Shown here in pieces: positions 50,070 to 60,382 of a DNA stretch of 64,000 nt. Below the pieces are notes generated by a model. That model was not told the DNA's origin and ran no database searches. It was given only the letters and a program-made list of their open reading frames with translations. Position 1 is the stretch's first letter. Each line of letters starts with the position of its first letter. The stretch is from an uncultured delta proteobacterium. Its GTDB lineage: Bacteria; Myxococcota_A; Polyangia; Polyangiales; Houyiibacteriaceae. The stretch spans positions 32,001 to 96,000 of the forward strand of contig CAVOVB010000007.1 in the NCBI GenBank assembly GCA_963699755.1, in the 5' to 3' direction. Position numbers and translations under genes: made by a program.

Positions 50070-51680
50070 GTGATTGGCTGGTGGTTGATCGTCTCTGCCA
50101 TCTTGCTCGCGGCATGGCTAGTCGTGCGGCGCGGCAAGCTGACCCTGGCCCTCGCGGCTCTGGTCGAGCGAAAGCTTGGAGGCTACCGGCACCAGGCGAA
50201 CGAGATCGATCGCAGCCTGCCACGAATGCAGACCGCGGAGGCCCCTCGCGTGGCTGTGCTCGGCGGCGGCTTGGCCGGAATCGGCGCGGCGGCGGCGCTA
50301 GGCGAACGAGGAGTCGCCGTCACGCTATTCGAACGGAACGAGTACCTCGGGGGGAAGATCGGCGCGTGGAAAGTCGCTGTGGGCGAGGGGGAGCAGACCA
50401 TCGAGCACGGATTTCATGCCTTCTTTCGGCAGTACTACAACCTCAACCGGTTTCTCGACCGTCTGGGCGTTCGCGATGGCTTCCGCGAGATCGAAGACTA
50501 CTTGATTCTCGATAGCGAGCGGCGACCGCTGAGCTTCAGAGATGTCGAAACGGTCCCTGCGCTCAACATCGTGGACCTTGGGCGGCGCGGATTTTTCCGA
50601 TGGCGCGATGTCATCGCGAAGCGAACCCGAGACCAGCTCGATGCGTTCATTCGCTTCGACATAGAGCATGCCTACGAGGCATTCGACGAGATGTCGTTTG
50701 AACGCTTCTGCGATGAAGCTGTGCTGCCGACTGAGCTCGGCGTGACGTTTCGAACCTTCGCCCGCGCATTTTTCTCGCACGAGGCGGATCTCTCTACGGC
50801 TGACGTGCTCCGCGCTTTTCACTTCTACTATCTCAGCCACGACCATGGCTTGATGTACGACTATCCGCTTGGGGACTACGAGACGACGCTCCTAGTGCCG
50901 ATCCGGACGGACTTGGAGGCGCACGACGTCGAGCTGCGCCTGGGCACGCCGGTTGACGGCATCGAGCGCGGTGACCGCAGGCGCTTCCGGATCGGAGGCG
51001 AGGAGTACGACTGGGTGGTGATCGCGGCGGACATCCCAGGGATGAAACAGATCGTCGACGGCTCGGATTGGCTCAAAAAAGCGCACCCTGATTTCGTGGC
51101 GAACATGCAGGCGCTGCGCACCTCACATGGATATGCGGTGTGGCGCATTTGGGTGGAGCGGGACGTCCGGCCAGGCTTGCCTACCTTCATCAACGTCGAG
51201 CGCAAACGCGTGCTCGACTCAGTCACTCTCTATCACCGCATCACCGACGAGGCCTGCGCCTGGGCAAAGGCTCATGGTGGCGGCGCGGTCCTCGAGCTCC
51301 ACAGCTACGCCTTGCCAGCAGGCATCGAGGACGAGGGGGAGTTGCGACGCGTCTTTCTCGAAGAGCTCGAGTATTACTTCCCCGAGCTCGCGGGGCTCTC
51401 GATCACGGAGGAGGTCTTGCAGGTCCGTCATGACTTCCCAGCGTTTGCCCCCGGGCAGCGTGCCTACCGACCCGAGCCGAGCCTGCCCATCGAGGGATTG
51501 CTCATCGCAGGCGATTGGGTCCGCCTGCCCTACCCCATGACACACATGGAGGCCGCGTTTACCTCGGGTCTGCTCTGCGCCAACGCGATCTTCGACTCTC
51601 TGGGCCTTCAGCAAGAGCCGATTTACACGGTAGCGCCCAAAGGACTGCTCCAGCCCAAAACGGTCCGCGAACGCGATTGA
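50070..51680 (+). CDS. crtU: CrtU-like FAD-dependent carotenoid desaturase/aromatase
   Basis: GGGLAG, E....LGGK.G.W, HGFHAFFRQYYNL, FHFYYL, V.ELHSYA, AGDWV....ME.A..SG. Confidence 0.7.
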   Translation: MIGWWLIVSAILLAAWLVVRRGKLTLALAALVERKLGGYRHQANEIDRSLPRMQTAEAPRVAVLGGGLAGIGAAAALGERGVAVTLFERNEYLGGKIGAWKVAVGEGEQTIEHGFHAFFRQYYNLNRFLDRLGVRDGFREIEDYLILDSERRPLSFRDVETVPALNIVDLGRRGFFRWRDVIAKRTRDQLDAFIRFDIEHAYEAFDEMSFERFCDEAVLPTELGVTFRTFARAFFSHEADLSTADVLRAFHFYYLSHDHGLMYDYPLGDYETTLLVPIRTDLEAHDVELRLGTPVDGIERGDRRRFRIGGEEYDWVVIAADIPGMKQIVDGSDWLKKAHPDFVANMQALRTSHGYAVWRIWVERDVRPGLPTFINVERKRVLDSVTLYHRITDEACAWAKAHGGGAVLELHSYALPAGIEDEGELRRVFLEELEYYFPELAGLSITEEVLQVRHDFPAFAPGQRAYRPEPSLPIEGLLIAGDWVRLPYPMTHMEAAFTSGLLCANAIFDSLGLQQEPIYTVAPKGLLQPKTVRERD

Positions 51681-51759
51681 CTGCGGTTTCGAATCAGAGG
51701 TGGCGCAGCGCCAGGCCCCCGGCGCGACGAGGGTGTTCTACGGGGTCCGCGTCAAGAAA

Positions 51760-52707
51760 CTAGTACTGCAGCCCGAGCGCGTCTCTGTAGTCCCCGTCCT
51801 CGACCGAGTTGTGGTGCCAATAGTCGTCGACGACCGCGTGGGTTCTCACTGCGGTGGTTCGGAATGGGCCCTCGGTTTCTTCCCACGCTTGGATGACGTG
51901 GGGGAACTCGGGCTCGTAGTAGATCACGAGCTTGCGACCGAGCGGCGGATAGTCAATCTCGAGCGCGGTAACGGGTTGCTCGACCAGATCGGTCTCTGCG
52001 TCAGGTCTGCGGCTGACGACAGCCGGATAGGCTCGCAGGGCCTTGTGGCGTAATCGGATGTAGTCGAGCGCAGGGACCAGCTCCTGTGGCCCTACCGCTA
52101 TGCGTCCGGGCGCGATTCGAATCTGGGCCCAGAGTCCGTCCTCGAGGGCCGCATCGGGGAGGATGACTTCTTGGTCCGCGTCATCCTGAAAGTAGGAATG
52201 CAGCAGAGTGTGGAGGCCGTCGCGGCGGCGATTGATCTGGCTATAGACCTGGCCGCACCATTCACCAATCGTGCTGCTGAGCTTCAGCGTCGGGTCACCT
52301 CGGGCCGGCGTGAAGGACGACGTCATGATCGTGTACGGATAGATTCCGGTGTAGAACCGCCGGTGCCCGTTGAGCTTGAGGACCGAGAGAGCGTCCGCTG
52401 CATCGCCATGCTCCTGTTTGACCTGCAGCTTGGGAAGAAAATCCTCCGTGACGAAGATCAGGACCGCCTCGCCGTCATGTACCTCACCGTAGCGGGCCTG
52501 GCGGAGGGAATAGCGAGTTAGCTCGGCTTTGCCTTGGTACCAGTAGGATTCGAAGGAGCCGTGTTCCCGAGCAAAGCTCTCGGGCGAAGGCAGGGAGATG
52601 CCGCTCGAGGATCGAGGCAAAGCCGCGCCATGTTGAGCGCGCTCGGACTTCCCCTCGCACCCGAAGACGATGGGCACGAGCAACAGATAGCTGAGATAGC
52701 GAAGCAT
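51760..52707 (-). CDS. Conserved hypothetical lipoprotein
   Basis: VFGC lipobox; YW..GKAE...Y...QARYGE...G.AV.IFVTEDF, EWCG. Confidence 0.75.
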   Translation of the reverse strand: MLRYLSYLLLVPIVFGCEGKSERAQHGAALPRSSSGISLPSPESFAREHGSFESYWYQGKAELTRYSLRQARYGEVHDGEAVLIFVTEDFLPKLQVKQEHGDAADALSVLKLNGHRRFYTGIYPYTIMTSSFTPARGDPTLKLSSTIGEWCGQVYSQINRRRDGLHTLLHSYFQDDADQEVILPDAALEDGLWAQIRIAPGRIAVGPQELVPALDYIRLRHKALRAYPAVVSRRPDAETDLVEQPVTALEIDYPPLGRKLVIYYEPEFPHVIQAWEETEGPFRTTAVRTHAVVDDYWHHNSVEDGDYRDALGLQY

Positions 52708-52854
52708 GGGAAAGGCATAGGGACCGGCGAGAGCTCTGCAAGGCGCCTGCCCCGCACGAACATCACCGTCCCTACCCCATGCGCGGCGAAATGCTCCGAA
52801 AAACGATAGCTAGCGAGCCGACCTCAACGCAGGCTTGATGAGAACCGAGTGTTG

Positions 52855-53210
52855 AATGACGCCACGGCTCGGTCCTCGTGGCGCTCGACATGCTGGGTCT
52901 TGGCTTCAGCGACGAGCCGGACCCGCACGCATGGAGCACCATGGAGCAGGCAGACCTCTGGGAAGCCCTCGCTATCGAACGCCGGCTCGCGAAGTTCCAC
53001 GTTCTCGCGCATGACTACGGCGACACGGTCGCGCAAGAGCTGCCAGCCAGGCGAAACGAAGGGAGCGGCGTGGGCACCTGGCTCTGCGTCTGCTTTCTCG
53101 ACGGAGGCCTCTTTCCGGAGACACACCGGGCACGTTTGCTCCAGAAGCTTCTTCTGGAGCCCCCTAGGACCAATGGTCAACCGACTCGCCACGAAGCGCA
53201 GGTTCGATTA
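52855..53210 (+). pseudogene. Alpha/beta hydrolase internal fragment
   Basis: ALDMLG.GFSD.P, HV.AHDYGDTVAQEL, GGLFPETHR; frameshifted, both ends missing. Confidence 0.75.
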
Positions 53211-53294
53211 GTCCATCGGCCCGGCTGAAGCATCTGACTCGATCGTGTTGCGCGCCGCCCGGCTTGGCCGTGGCGCGCTGGGCGAGCTCTGCGC

Positions 53295-55394
53295 TCATTC
53301 GTGAGGACGGGCGGTTCCCACGAGCTCGTCGTCTAGGCGCAGGACGTCCGCCTTGGCTTTTGCTATTGCGATGAAGCCGGAGAGCTCACTGGAGACGGCG
53401 CGCTGACGTTCGAGCGACGCAAGCTCGATGGGGGCGTCGCTCTCGTACGCGCGGAGGGCATCGAGGACTGCGATGGCATCGGCAGGCAGCTTGTCCAAAT
53501 CGGCTGGCGGCGGGCCGAATCCCAGAGCGTATCGGGCGAGCGAGGCTTGGGCCTCAGGTGTCAGATCCGTCTGCGACAGCGTTTCGCGAAGCGTCGTCAG
53601 CACCGCGCCAAGACTGGCCTTGTCCGGAAACCCCGATTCTTGGGCCAGCTCGATCAGCGCTTGTTCAATTTGTCCTTGAGCCGCTATCAATCGAAGCCGG
53701 AGGCTCTTCGACAGCGGGTGCAGCGAATCGGAAGGCCCTGCTTGGTCCCAGAGGATCTGCATCGCAGTGTCGATGTGGCCGAGCCTAGCTTCGACGGTTG
53801 CACGCGGGAAGGCATACTGAAGGTCTTCAGACACGAAGTCTCTGGATTCTTCGGGCGTCATCTCGATCGACCAGCCGGGAGCTCCGCTGAGCTCGAACAA
53901 ATAGTCGCGCGAGACCTGACTGTACGTCTTCTGCAACGCGAGCAAGACGTCCCGCTCCTCCGCGCCGGTCCGAAGGGCAAGCGCCCAAGCGAGATCTTTG
54001 GCCGCTCGGAGCTGGTCGTCATGCACACAAGTACGCGCCGCCAGCACCTGCGCGTGCTCGAGGTATGCGAGCCCGCTTCTTCGAAGCCCCGCCCGCGTCC
54101 GAGCTGTGCCGACCGCGTGCAGCGCGAAGGGATTGTCCGGGTTCCGCGTGACTTCGTACTCCCAGAGAGACGAAGACGACGCGAAGACTTTCGTGTGCAA
54201 CGAGGCGACGACCGCGAAACCGAGCACGACGACTGAGACGACGATCGCGATCGTCTTCGCGAGGAACGCGCTCTTCTCGAAGCAGACGAGTAGCCCGCGC
54301 GCGAGAAGGGACGCCGCCCCGAGCATCGGAAGATAGAGAAAGCGGTCCGCCGTCAGGTTGCGGCTTCCCAGGTCGATCAAATTCACCACGGGCAACATGG
54401 GGGCGACGAGCCAGAACGCGTCAGCCAGCGCCGGACGCCACGCACGACGGCGCGACGCTGCGACGGCCACCATCAGGAAGGCTCCGAGGAGCAGGGTTCC
54501 CCGAAACCACCAGGATGCATTCGACGACTCTCCGCCCTCGCAGCTGTAAACCCGCATCCCTGGAAACGCGGTCGGATTCCAAGGCGCGAGGATCTGTTCT
54601 GCGTACAAACCAAACGAAGAGAGCACCCTCCAGAAGGCTCCGCGAACCTCGCCGGCGGGAAGCTCGACGTCGACGAGCCAGATCCTGGCAAGGAGCGCAA
54701 GAATGACTGGTAGGGTCAGTGCGATCGACGACGATCGGTCGCGACGTCCCTGTAGCAAGAATTGATCGGCCAAGAGCAGTGGCGCGCCGACGATGGCGGT
54801 TTCCTTTGCGAAGAGGGCCGCTGCGAGCAGGAGGCCAGCAGGCCAATTGCGATTCGACTCGAATGCGAGAGCGGCCATGAGCACGAGCGCGGTCATCCAG
54901 AGCTCGGTGCTTCCCGAGATCCACGAAACCGCCTCCACTCGGCTTGGATGAAACGCGAAGATCGCAGCGCCGAGGCAGACCGCGATCAGCCGATGTCTGT
55001 CGTCGCCGGGCGGCATTCGTCGTCGCATCCAAAAGAACGCTAGGAGGCAGCAGAGCAGGTGCAGCGCGAGGCTGACGGCGCGGTACCCCGAGGCGTGCAA
55101 ACCGAAAAGACGGTACTGGACGATATACGCGAGCGTGACGATTGGCCTGTAGAGGTGGTTGTAGGTATCGTTGGCCTGCGCAGCGCCCCCCGAGACGTTC
55201 CAGAAGTGGCTCGTCAGCGCCTCGGCATAGCGCTCTGGGATCTGAATATTCTCATTCGTGCGAATGAGGCCGTTGTCATCCCAAGTGAACTCATCGCTGA
55301 GCCCAGGGAAGAAAACCAAGACCGTGAGAAAGCCAAGGAGGATCGACGCGGCGACCCACCAACGTTCCAAAGCCACCAGGGCATGGTATCTCAT
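53295..55394 (-). CDS. GT-C membrane glycosyltransferase (TMTC-like) with TPR-like tail
   Basis: F.WDD...I..N, YRP, HP..VEAV.WISG, KE, ADRFLYLP. Confidence 0.75.
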   Translation of the reverse strand: MRYHALVALERWWVAASILLGFLTVLVFFPGLSDEFTWDDNGLIRTNENIQIPERYAEALTSHFWNVSGGAAQANDTYNHLYRPIVTLAYIVQYRLFGLHASGYRAVSLALHLLCCLLAFFWMRRRMPPGDDRHRLIAVCLGAAIFAFHPSRVEAVSWISGSTELWMTALVLMAALAFESNRNWPAGLLLAAALFAKETAIVGAPLLLADQFLLQGRRDRSSSIALTLPVILALLARIWLVDVELPAGEVRGAFWRVLSSFGLYAEQILAPWNPTAFPGMRVYSCEGGESSNASWWFRGTLLLGAFLMVAVAASRRRAWRPALADAFWLVAPMLPVVNLIDLGSRNLTADRFLYLPMLGAASLLARGLLVCFEKSAFLAKTIAIVVSVVVLGFAVVASLHTKVFASSSSLWEYEVTRNPDNPFALHAVGTARTRAGLRRSGLAYLEHAQVLAARTCVHDDQLRAAKDLAWALALRTGAEERDVLLALQKTYSQVSRDYLFELSGAPGWSIEMTPEESRDFVSEDLQYAFPRATVEARLGHIDTAMQILWDQAGPSDSLHPLSKSLRLRLIAAQGQIEQALIELAQESGFPDKASLGAVLTTLRETLSQTDLTPEAQASLARYALGFGPPPADLDKLPADAIAVLDALRAYESDAPIELASLERQRAVSSELSGFIAIAKAKADVLRLDDELVGTARPHE

Positions 55395-55509
55395 CGAAGG
55401 GATTCACGGTGTTTTTGACTGAAGGTCCGCAGCCGCCTCGGGATGGATGGGTCCGGGCATCCTCGCCCCGCCGTGTGAATTCGCTAGTTCGTGCTAGGAA
55501 CCCCCCTTC

Positions 55510-57246
55510 ATGTCTGAGTTACTTTGCCTAGAGCAGGCCCCCGCGGGCCTCGGCGCTGCCTTGCACAATGCCGGTTTCGAGAGCTTCACCGCCATCCAGC
55601 AGGCTGTCTTGCAACCGGAGCTCGAGGGTCGCGACATGCGAATCTCGTCGCAGACCGGCTCCGGAAAGACCGTCGCCCTCGGTCTTCTTCTCGCACCAAG
55701 TGTAGCGGTCGCCGCCGCCACTTCGCGGCGGCGGAGCTCGCGCAACTCCCAATCCGCCGCACCAGTGGCGCTACTGATCGCGCCAACCCGCGAGCTTGCC
55801 GGACAGCTCGGCCGCGAGCTTCGCTGGCTCTATGCGCCGCTGCGCGCTCGCGTCCTCGTCGTCACCGGTGGGACGAGCGTCATGCAAGAGCGCTCTCAGC
55901 TGTCTGGCCTTCCGCATGTCGTGATCGGCACACCCGGCCGTCTTCTCGATCATCTGAGAGCCAGCGCCATGACGCTCGATCATCTCGAGACGGTCGCACT
56001 GGACGAAGCGGACGAGTTGCTCGACATGAACTTCGAGGAAGAGCTAGATGGTATCCTCGGGTTCGCGCCCAAGGCGCGTCGCACGCATCTGATCTCCGCG
56101 ACCTTTCCACGCGCAGTCGTCGGACTGGCCGACCGGTTTCAACAGGACCCCGTCTCAGTGCAGGGGACGGTTCTAGGCAAGGCAAACGCAGACATCGAGC
56201 ATCTCGTGATGCAGGTCCGTCCAGCCGACCGATTCAACGCCGCGATCAACGTGCTTCTTCGCTACCCCGAGGACAAGACCCTGCTCTTCGTGCGGACCAG
56301 AACCGAAACTGTTCGTCTTGCCGACGAGCTCTGTGCGGCCGGGCTCGCGGCTCGCGCCCTCAACGGCGAGATGACGCAGCGGGAGCGGACCGCTACGTTC
56401 GCGCAATTCCGAAACGGCACGATTCGATACCTGGTCGCCACCGACGTGGCGGCGCGCGGCCTCGATGTGCAAGACATCGCCCGGGTCATTCAGGTCGACC
56501 TCCCGGACAATGCTGATGTGTTTACGCACCGGAGCGGACGAACTGGGCGAGCCGGACGCCGAGGCACGAATGTGCTTTTCGCGGCGGCCCGCGCGGAGTT
56601 TCGAGTCAAGAGCATGCTGCGGTCGGCTGGTGTCGATGCGCGCTTGGTTTCTATTCCGACGCCCGAAGAGATTTTCGCCGCCGCAGACGAACGAACCGGC
56701 GAAAGCTTTCTGCGCGACCTCGCGAACCAAGCCGATGAGCCGGACAGCCGGGCGAAGGATCTGGCCGAGCGCCTACTCGCCGAACATTCGCCCGCCGAGC
56801 TCGTGGCCTGTCTGCTGAAACGAGAAGCCGAACGAAGCCAGGGCAGCCCAAAGCGTGTCCAAGATGACGCGAAGCCCGCTCGCCGCGAGCGCAAGCAGCA
56901 GATGGCGGGCGCCAGGTCCGAATCGGGAAAGCGCCCACGGGCCAAGCGCCCACAAGGCGACTTCATCACCTTTCAAGTCAGTTGGGGCGGCGAGGCTGGC
57001 GCCGACACGCGGAAGATTTTGGCGATGGTCTGCCGGCGAGGCGACGTGTCGAGCGAAGTGGTTGGAGCGATTCGGGTCTCCCCGAAGAGCTCGACCGTGG
57101 ACGTTTTAGCCAGCGAAGCACCGCGCTTCGAACGAGCCGTCGCCCGACCGGACAAGCGAAACCCGCGCGCGCAGTTCCGACGCTGGGACGTCGACGCCAG
57201 GGGCAAGGGATCCAAGCGGCGTCCCACGAAGGCCCGCTGCGCCTGA
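55510..57246 (+). CDS. DEAD-box RNA helicase with DbpA-type C-terminal domain
   Basis: QTGSGKT, PTREL, TPGRL, DEAD, SAT, ARGLD, HRSGRTGRAG. Confidence 0.95.
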   Translation: MSELLCLEQAPAGLGAALHNAGFESFTAIQQAVLQPELEGRDMRISSQTGSGKTVALGLLLAPSVAVAAATSRRRSSRNSQSAAPVALLIAPTRELAGQLGRELRWLYAPLRARVLVVTGGTSVMQERSQLSGLPHVVIGTPGRLLDHLRASAMTLDHLETVALDEADELLDMNFEEELDGILGFAPKARRTHLISATFPRAVVGLADRFQQDPVSVQGTVLGKANADIEHLVMQVRPADRFNAAINVLLRYPEDKTLLFVRTRTETVRLADELCAAGLAARALNGEMTQRERTATFAQFRNGTIRYLVATDVAARGLDVQDIARVIQVDLPDNADVFTHRSGRTGRAGRRGTNVLFAAARAEFRVKSMLRSAGVDARLVSIPTPEEIFAAADERTGESFLRDLANQADEPDSRAKDLAERLLAEHSPAELVACLLKREAERSQGSPKRVQDDAKPARRERKQQMAGARSESGKRPRAKRPQGDFITFQVSWGGEAGADTRKILAMVCRRGDVSSEVVGAIRVSPKSSTVDVLASEAPRFERAVARPDKRNPRAQFRRWDVDARGKGSKRRPTKARCA

Positions 57247-57270
57247 CGGTCCACGTCACGCGGGAGATCT

Positions 57271-57765
57271 TCAGGCAGATGCTGCGCCGAAGGGATCCGG
57301 CTTCCACATGCGGACGCCCAGCAGGAACGGGACGACCCAGTAGGGGCCGTTGAATGCCCAGAAAACGACTGGGTTACCGGGCGGTGGCCCAATCCAATAC
57401 TCGTAGACCAGAAACTCGGTGCAGCCGTGCAGCATCGCGCCCACGTAGACGAGCGCCATCGGGCGGATCCAGTTCTTTCCCTTGATGAAGGCGTAGACGA
57501 GCAGGAGATAGAAAGGGCCGTAGATCATCCCCGAGATTCCGGTGTTGACCCGGACATATTGATGATCGGCGAGGAAGAAATAGTCTTGCGCGAATTCACC
57601 GTACCAGCGATTCGCGCGCGACCAGAACGCGTCTCCCTCGAGGAGGCCAAGCGCGTGCCAGGAATCGGAGAAGAATGATGAGAACGCAAAGAAAGAAAAA
57701 CATGCCACGAAGAAGATGTCTTTCTTCCTGCGGCTCAATGGGAGGCCAGTACCTGAATCGGTCAT
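57271..57765 (-). CDS. EXPERA/EBP-like membrane protein
   Basis: Four TM segments, WY....D..F, FNGP..VVP pattern; ATGA overlap with the upstream gene. Confidence 0.6.
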   Translation of the reverse strand: MTDSGTGLPLSRRKKDIFFVACFSFFAFSSFFSDSWHALGLLEGDAFWSRANRWYGEFAQDYFFLADHQYVRVNTGISGMIYGPFYLLLVYAFIKGKNWIRPMALVYVGAMLHGCTEFLVYEYWIGPPPGNPVVFWAFNGPYWVVPFLLGVRMWKPDPFGAASA

Positions 57766-59210
57766 CTCAACTCCGGGTGGGGATGTGGTGCAGAAATCTC
57801 GCCGCTAGTTGTGTGTGCGCGCGCAGCTCCGTGAAGCTCGTCGAACTGCTCGCCGATGCCCTCGACGACGTTGTGCACGTCGGGGAGCGCATCCCAGTCG
57901 GAGTTGAAGCCCCAGAACACCTTGCCGTTGTAGCTGAGCACGGCGAGTGCGAGGGCTTGATTCGGAAAGAGCGGCATCATCGGATAGATGGCGCGCATCT
58001 CCGAGCACAGGAAATAGAGAGGCATCCGTGGACCCGGGACGTTGGTGATGACCACGTTGAACGGGCGGTTTCGAGTAGCCGAGCGACTAAGCCGGGCAAA
58101 GAAGCGCCCACCGATCCGATCGGCGAGGCCCTCGAGCCAGGACACGCCGAGCGCTTGCTTACTGTACTTGAGCTCCTGAGTCGTTTCCATCACGCGCTTG
58201 AGGCGCGCAACCGGTTCACGTTCACCGACCGGCAGCTGGGCCATGACCATCGCAACGCGATTTCCTAGATCCTTCTGCGTGTCGCTACGTATGCTCACGG
58301 GAATCAGGGTGCGGAAGTCGATGTCGTCGGTGGCGATCCGGTGATCGCGGAGATACTGGCCGAGCGAACCGGCGGCTGTGGTCAGCACGACGTCATTGAT
58401 CGTCCCGCCGAGAGCAGACCTCACGTCTTTGATCTCGCTCATCGAGAGGTCGGTCCAATCGAAACGGCGATGCGGGCCCACGCTCTGGGGGTTGAAGGGC
58501 GTCTGGGAGGCGGCGCGCCAACCCAATTTCGACGCTTCCATCAGGCCTTGAATGACATCGCGAGCCTCCTGCAAGGCTTTGCTCGGACTTCGGAGCGGCG
58601 CGAGGAGCTCGAGCGGCGCTTGGATTCGACGAACCAGCTCGATGGCAACGAGCTCCGCGCGCCGAGGTGCCGACCGGGGCGTCCACGGCTTCGGAGAACC
58701 CTCGCGCTCGAACGGTTGCCGGCCTAGAAGCGTTTGAATGATGCGCAGGCCAGAAATGCCGTCGGCCATGCAGTGATGGATCTTGGTGACCAGCGCGAAC
58801 TGGTCGTTCTCGAGTCCGTCGAGGACCCAGACTTCCCAGGGCGGCTTGTCGATGTCGAGTGGTAGCTCCAGGAGGTAGCCGCAGACTCGTTTGAGTACGC
58901 GTTCATCTGCGGGTTGCGGCAAGGCGATTTGCCGGACGTGATACCGCACGTTGAAGTTTTCGTCGTCTACCCAAATCGGATGCTCGAAAAGCGGAATTTT
59001 GACGAGACGTTGGCGGTATCGGGCAACGCTATCGAAAGACCATTCGTAGTTATTGACTATCCTCTCGAAATCGAGCCCGCCGTCTGGGGTCCGCAACGGC
59101 CCGGCGTCGAAGACCATCACCGCTGCTTCATGCCAGTGGGTATTCTGCTCCTCGAAACCGAGGAACGAGGCATCAAGAGCGGACAGGCGATCGTAATAGG
59201 TGTGCGTCAT
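57762..59210 (-). CDS. Wax ester synthase / diacylglycerol acyltransferase
   Basis: RLS.LDASFL, KIHHCMADG, TINDV.L, NVVITNVPGP, SYNG. Confidence 0.95.
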   Translation of the reverse strand: MTHTYYDRLSALDASFLGFEEQNTHWHEAAVMVFDAGPLRTPDGGLDFERIVNNYEWSFDSVARYRQRLVKIPLFEHPIWVDDENFNVRYHVRQIALPQPADERVLKRVCGYLLELPLDIDKPPWEVWVLDGLENDQFALVTKIHHCMADGISGLRIIQTLLGRQPFEREGSPKPWTPRSAPRRAELVAIELVRRIQAPLELLAPLRSPSKALQEARDVIQGLMEASKLGWRAASQTPFNPQSVGPHRRFDWTDLSMSEIKDVRSALGGTINDVVLTTAAGSLGQYLRDHRIATDDIDFRTLIPVSIRSDTQKDLGNRVAMVMAQLPVGEREPVARLKRVMETTQELKYSKQALGVSWLEGLADRIGGRFFARLSRSATRNRPFNVVITNVPGPRMPLYFLCSEMRAIYPMMPLFPNQALALAVLSYNGKVFWGFNSDWDALPDVHNVVEGIGEQFDELHGAARAHTTSGEISAPHPHPELR

Positions 59211-59257
59211 CGGCGGGGCGCGGCTCTGCCGCTGTTCTACCCTTGGACGGGTTCCGC

Positions 59258-60382
59258 CTACAACCCCCTTTTGCGTCTCGAGCCCAGCACTTTCTGCCGA
59301 AACTCCCGAATCACGGGGATCGGTTCGAGCCAGGCGGACGCGTCCGCGCGGTCGTTGTCGTGCTCACATAATTCCCCGGCAAAGCCTTCCGGGATTTGAC
59401 TGAAGTGCTCGGACTCATCGGCGTTTTCGTCGAAGTAGTGATACTCGAACCCGGGGACGAAGAGGTCTTCGTCCGCAACGACGTCGACGGTGCGAACCCC
59501 GAACGACGAGAGCTCGATCGTGGTGGCTTGCGGCGGAATGATCCAAACGTGCTTGGGGCCTGACATGAACAGGTACTGCACCTTTCGATTGCGAGAGAGG
59601 ATCCGAAACCTCTGGAGCTCCCCGCCGTACATCGCGCTTCTGAGCCCGGCTACCTCGATGATCCCCTTGGCAAAATCCGGCTCGAAGCCAGCCACGATCT
59701 TCAGCGACGTCGGATCGTTCTTGCGTGTGAAACGAGCGATGCTGCGACCGCCATTGATCAGGTTCCGTCGATTGGCCGCTGCTCTTTTTCGCGGCTCAGC
59801 GAAGTCGCGATACGGGGCCGTGCGTGAGCTCGGCGCGCTCCGTAGAAGAAGATACAGCGCTTCCTCGTCGTGAACCGCCTTCCGCGTGATCCGATTGAGT
59901 GTCTCGAGCGCGGTTTGCATTTCGAACGGCAGATCCGTGGTCGACTCTACGCACTCGGTGATCTCGTAGCCGCCGCGCGCCAGGGTCTTGACGTCCCCCT
60001 TGCCAATCCAGAAGTCGCCATCGGTGGCAATCATGTGCGATGCCGCACGCCAGACCAGGGACAAGTCCTTGTAGAAGATGCGCCCAAAGGTCTCCGTTCG
60101 CCCCGTCCGCGCGTGTCGCTGCACCACGTAGGCGACGAAAAACCGCAAGGCGGGGTTCTGTCGAACGTTCGTCAGGAAGAACCGCGTATCGAAAAGCGAG
60201 ATCTCATACCTCGGCATGTATCCAGAGGACAGCAAGCTGAGTGGGTCGTCTTTGGCTTCGCCGGCAGCGCGCAACTGGGCTCCGGCCTCGAGAAGGCTGC
60301 GAAACTCTCGTGCCACTTGTCGAGGTGTCAGCTCGGTCGGTGCGACGCTCGGTACGATGCGAGTTGGAATGGCTGCAGTCAT
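59258..60382 (-). CDS. Hypothetical protein
   Basis: 374-aa ORF with coding-like bias, co-oriented with WS/DGAT; no family recognised. Confidence 0.7.
   Translation of the reverse strand: MTAAIPTRIVPSVAPTELTPRQVAREFRSLLEAGAQLRAAGEAKDDPLSLLSSGYMPRYEISLFDTRFFLTNVRQNPALRFFVAYVVQRHARTGRTETFGRIFYKDLSLVWRAASHMIATDGDFWIGKGDVKTLARGGYEITECVESTTDLPFEMQTALETLNRITRKAVHDEEALYLLLRSAPSSRTAPYRDFAEPRKRAAANRRNLINGGRSIARFTRKNDPTSLKIVAGFEPDFAKGIIEVAGLRSAMYGGELQRFRILSRNRKVQYLFMSGPKHVWIIPPQATTIELSSFGVRTVDVVADEDLFVPGFEYHYFDENADESEHFSQIPEGFAGELCEHDNDRADASAWLEPIPVIREFRQKVLGSRRKRGL

Noticed and set aside
53208..53219. TTAGTCCATCGG, resembling box I, at the end of the alpha/beta hydrolase fragment
   Set aside because: Only 11 of 12 bases match, with no CTC prefix, linker or core; it may be decayed coding sequence
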